The translations under genes and the position numbers were made by a program. A stretch of DNA of 64,000 nucleotides from Ylistrum balloti (taxonomy: Eukaryota). This document shows, piece after piece, positions 58,960 through 64,000 of the stretch (positions are counted from its first letter, which is position 1; each line of letters starts with the position of its first letter). The stretch covers positions 1,116,001 through 1,180,000 of the forward strand of contig NW_026781977.1 of assembly GCF_031769215.1 (NCBI RefSeq), written 5' to 3'. Below the pieces are notes generated by a model. That model did no database searches. It was not told where the DNA came from and saw only the letters and a list, made by a program, of their open reading frames with translations.

Positions 58960-60365
58960 GATCATCGAATCACCGAACGACCAACCGACTGACCGACCAA
59001 CCAAGCAAAAGCCTGATCAACCAGTCGACCAAGCAAGCTACCGATCGACCGAGCAAGCAAGCAACCAATCAAACAAGCAAGCGTCCGACCGACTAGTCGA
59101 CCAGTTAACCAAGGAAACGACCGATCGACCAAGCAAAAAAAATAAATCAAACAAGCAAACGACCAACCAGTCGACCAAGAAAGCAACCGACCGACTGATC
59201 GACCAAAAAAAGACGAACTACCCAGTCGACCAAGCAAGCGGCCGACCGACCGACCTGACAAGCAAGCGACCGACCGACCGACAGAGCAAGCAAGCAACCA
59301 ATCAAACAAGCAAGCATCCGACCGACTAGTCGACCAGTTAACCAAGGAAACTGGGACAGATCGACCAAGCAAAAATAAATAAAGCAAACAAGCAAACGAC
59401 CAACCAGTCGACCAAGAAAGCAACCGACCGACTGATCGACCAAAAAAAGACGAACTACCCAGTCGACCAAGCAAGCGGCCGACCGACCGACCTGACAAGC
59501 AAGCGACCGACCGACCGACCGACAGAGCAAGCAAGCAACCAATCAAACAAGCAAGCATCCGACCGACTAGTCGACCAGTTAACCAAGGAAACTGGGACAG
59601 ATCGACCAAGCAAAAATAAATAAAGCAAACAAGCAAACGACCAACCAGTCGACCAAGAAAGCAACCGACCGACTGATCGACCAAAAAAAGACGATCTACC
59701 CAGTCGACCAAGCAAGCGGCCGACCGACCGACCGACCTGACAAGCAAGCGACCGACCGACAGAGCAAGCAAGCAACCAATCAAACAAGCAAACGACCAAC
59801 CAGTCGACCAAGAAAGCAACCGACCGACCTGACAAGCAAACGACCAATAAGCCTACCAAATAAGCAACCGCAGACCAAGCAAGCAAGCAACCAATCAAAC
59901 AAGCAAGCAGCCGACAGATCGACCATGCAAACAACTGACTAACCACTAGATCAAGCAAGCAAGCAACCAATCAAACAAGCAAGCAGCCGACAGATCGACC
60001 ATGCAAACAACTAACCACTCGATCAAGCAAGCAAGCAACCAATCAAACAAGCAAGCAGCCGACAGATCGACCATGCAAACAACTGACTAACCACTCGATC
60101 AAGCAAGCAAGCAACCAATCAAACAAGCCAGCAGCCGACAGATCGACCATGCAAACAACTGACTAACCACTCGACCAAGCAACCAATCAAACAAGCAAGC
60201 AGCCGACAGATCGACCATGCAAACAACTGACTTACCACTCGACCAAGCAACCAATTAAACAAGCAAGCAGCCGACAGATCGACCATTCAAACAACTGACT
60301 AACCACTCGACCAAGCAAGCAAGCAAGCAACCGATCAAACAAGCAAGTGACTGACCGACTGACCG
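58960..60365. repeat. Complex tetranucleotide-based satellite with ~240-bp and 68-76-bp higher-order units
   Basis: Built from CGAC/CAAG/CAAC/CAAA 4-mers. The gaccaaccag anchor recurs at 59161, 59398 and 59639; the ccgacagatc anchor at 59911, 59987, 60059, 60135, 60203 and 60271. Confidence 0.95.
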
Positions 60366-63300
60366 ACCGAGAAAGTCCCCAGACAAAACAAGCGAACAAC
60401 CAATAAAGACCATCCCTTCTACAACCAATTCACTGACCAACAAGATGACCGCCGCTACAACATCTGTGGACAAGGATATCAGTTCGTTTACTGCGGATAC
60501 TTAACATCTTGGGGCTTTCATAACGTTTCTGCGCTTTGAAATTACAAGGGTGTGTCATAAGGTGGTTATACGTGAGGATATGTGAAGATGTGACGTGTTT
60601 CCTAACGATGTCTTTCTAAATACGATACAGAAATAGAAGATACCACAGGCTAGATTCCAGCTAGAGATTAAATTTGTACGTGGGTTCGAGGCTATGATTA
60701 TCTCGCAGGAAAGTGATTGACGTTGCGGAGGAATTGACCGTTTTACGCATATGATGACGCACTAACTTAAGGTATGCCTTGTATTCTAGAACGCTGAAAA
60801 TGAAGATATTGTAAAAACATAACTGATATCCATTCTTCCGAATCATACTGAAAAACAAAAGTAAACGAAGAGAATTTTTCAGGGGAATTTTTTGATTTAT
60901 AGCGAATATGTAACGGAACGAACGAGGCATGTTGCCAACAAAACGAAACGTTAACCTCACGGTATTTACTTTGTCAAAGGCAACCAATTGTATTTCTACA
61001 TCATATTTCTTAGTAATGTATAAAACAGTGTTACACATATATGTTAAGAGTTCCTTCAGACACACAGTATTGAATATAAATAGGATAACAAGACGCCCGC
61101 AGTTCGATTCCCGATCGGGTATCTTTTGACTGGTTTACCTGGATATCTGCACTACTCAAATCAGAGTGATAAATACGAGATGATATGATTATTTCATGAA
61201 CGTTTATAACTGAATTATACATTCAGAACAACTCAACAATCAATGGAACGTTAGAAATTTCGATAGTAAACTGTGCGTAACCTAATTATTGGGGAGGTTT
61301 AAAGGATCTAGCGTGAGGTGACAAAAATCTACAAATTGATTAATTAGAAACATTTCACATATTAATTTTCGACAAGCGTGCTGCGCGATCATTCATGACA
61401 CTATCGTTGTGGCGACGCTTCTGAGGTGTGTTTGTCCCGTGAATGGAGAACGTCATTTTGAGGCAGGGCTCCATTGTAGTAGATCCATTCCTCACTGAAC
61501 AACATACCGGAGGCCCATCGCATGCCGTCCAGAGCTATGGAGGGAAAGTGTCTTCCCCACAGACACAACCGCGTCAGAACAGACCGGTCTCTTTCTCAGT
61601 TTCCTGAGAAGCACACACCGCCATGGGTAGGGAGTTTCGAACTACGAGCAACACAACCCTTTTATATTTTGTAACAATTTGTTTAGCTCTCTGGCTTGTA
61701 AGGGATTCGTATGGTACGAGATAGTCACATTAATAAGAAGACAACTAAAATAACCGTGCATATATCAACGTATATTCTCTTTTTTCTAATACATCACCAT
61801 GACCGAAACGTCGCCATCTTTGGTAAGAAAATAAAATGCTACACGTAACTATAAATAACATACAATTACGTAAAATTCTTATTATGCATAGAACACAAAT
61901 ATCCAACTCTCGTTTTACTTCTCGTCCCAGACGAGAAAAAAAAGGTGTGCATTCTTAAGCTGTTTTTCCAGTCCTAGGTATTTCCGAAAATAGAATTATA
62001 TAGCACAAGACATTCTGATATTGTATAATGTAGTAATGATTTACGCCAATGTTTCATGGGATTGACGATTCCTCAGACTAGTGAAATAAAAATGGCGTCA
62101 TTAGTAAAGCTTCTAAGTAAACAAAAAAAACGGAGAAAAGGTTCCACCGAATAATTACCTTTGTATATCGGCTGAGCGAGGTAATGCACCTCCAAACCTA
62201 TAATGACATCATGCATTTTTGGATGATTTTTAGACCTCTTTTTTGGACACAAGCTCTACTAGAAACATGTCAGTCACTTAAATGATTACATAATATTCTA
62301 AAACAACAGGTTTCTACCGCAAAAATGAATACAGAACGGGTTCAGAGAGGGCTACTAAGCATTAACGTAAAAACTCCACCTCAGGTGGCCTGATCCAGTT
62401 CATAAACAAATCTATGCCAAACACGCGTTCCAACTCCAGGCAGATTTTAAAAGCGATTCGTCATCATTATCTTTGCCGTATGAAAATATTCGCATAGAAC
62501 CTATTGATGGAGCGATACATTTTGGAAAATTAAACTAAATTATTCATAGTGGCAGCTTATAGGAATCCACAGAGTATACCTTACTATGGAATTTTGCTTC
62601 ACTGTTATCTTACCCAAGTCGGATGTGTATTATCAGCGCATGAACTGCCATCGGCGTGAGAATATCTTGAGTAATGTAAACGATTGGAATTGTCTGCACA
62701 AATAACAAGATGAAAATTGAGATTGATGAAGATAAGAATTGAACATTATTGAATGTACCCTTATCGTACTGGCACTCATACCCCTATGAATGCCAACTGA
62801 GGGCAGTTCAGTTCTGAAATGTTATAACGGTTTTATGTTTACAAGTGTTGGCCAGCGTGTTCGAAGTGCTGTGATAGCATTTAGGTTCTTTAGTTTTTTA
62901 TTCAATAAATAACAATCACGTGACGAGATTAAGAAGTTGAAGAATAAAACGAAACTCCCTCATCCTCCCTCCTCCCCATCCAGCCTTCCCCCTGTCCTTA
63001 GGCAATTATAAACAGCTGGTGTATTTCCAGACTTTGAAGAATTTCCGAAAACCTTCCTGTTAGGTAAATCATGGATATATTGACGAACAATTATTATTTC
63101 CTATCACATATGTATCCTAAGAGTGATTCGTGCAGAAAACGAGAAAGAATAGTCTTGCTGCATGTCTTAAGACGCGACTAAAAAAGTGGGGCAGCTCTCA
63201 CAATCGGCCTGGTTTCCAGGACATCTCTTGTTAAAGGTACATTGAACACGAAAAGTCTACTGTATGCTATTGCATGTTCATATTTCCGGAACGGTCCCTT

Positions 63301-64000
63301 GCAGGATCTTTCAGTGTCCTCTACCAAGACCGAAATAAGTCTGTTTCTTCAATGAACACTTACGATCTTGATATCTTCCTTTTTTTCCTGTCTGCTATTT
63401 CTTTCAGTGTTTTTTTTCTACTCTTGGTGTCCCTCGTGACACTCCTCAAATGACACTGACTGCTACTTTAAACACAGTAAATGTTAATAATAATATAAGG
63501 ACAAAATGATTACCATATTGTACCTGTAAATATTTCCGCAAACATCCTACATTAATAGAGTGTTTTGTAGATAAACAGTACACATTATCAAAGTATCTAG
63601 CATTGTTACAATGATACTTGTCTTATCTGTTGGAGATACGTTCCCGTAGACGTGTTAGTATGATGGTATGAGTGACGTTTTATTTAGATTGTCTTCAGAA
63701 AGTAAGAAACTAAGTTGGCGTCACTTCTGGCACTTGTTGGAGATTACACATTAAAGATAGTTATCTCCCTTTGGTTATGTAATCTCTGGTCTACCATCCA
63801 CAAGAATAAATAGTACGAGATATGGGTGGAGTAAACTGAGTCGCCATTGTAGATGGCGCTGATATTTTGGCGGAGAGGTAAACTGTCAATATTTAGAGAG
63901 ATCACGCGGTGCGGATGTACATTGCTGCATGTTTTGTAATTCTTGTTTAACAAAACCTTTCGATACAGATCTGAAACTTTAGCCATTTTGCTTCGCCAAG

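Noticed and set aside
58821-60473. Overlapping 72-285 aa ORFs
   Set aside because: Products of a T-poor tetranucleotide satellite that lacks stop codons by composition.
61095-61120. B-box-like GTTCGATTCCC as tRNA or SINE
   Set aside because: No A box at suitable spacing and no cloverleaf.
63843-63861. Second CTCF-like motif (TGTAGATGGCGCT)
   Set aside because: Only 11/14 core positions match; the 5' CCA is missing.

Overview
AT-rich eukaryotic genomic DNA, almost certainly from a bivalve mollusc. This is inferred from a molluscan-type myosin essential light chain and from Helentron/HINE-like repeats typical of bivalves. There are two assembly gaps (35699-35935, 50640-50784). Three protein-coding genes were reconstructed by hand from splice sites and phases. 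(1) U2SURP/SR140, + strand, 22 coding exons in the window (260-23805), 5' end outside the window, 888 aa recovered. (2) A two-coding-exon gene on the - strand (30522-25663) encoding signal peptide + coiled coil + PRY/SPRY (B30.2); its second exon carries a frameshifting 17-bp tandem duplication. (3) A myosin essential light chain on the - strand (43421-40609); its first coding exon was not located. Non-coding highlights are an apparently intact minimal type I hammerhead ribozyme inside a ~397-bp terminally redundant retrozyme/Penelope-like unit, and tandem duplications that copy U2SURP splice sites (six donors, three acceptors). The window also holds two large intronic minisatellites, a consensus CTCF site, a G-quadruplex motif just after the U2SURP stop, several Helentron-like elements, two tRNA-derived SINEs and a DIRS-type retroelement remnant. 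All protein and RNA family assignments come from recalled motifs; no database searches were run.
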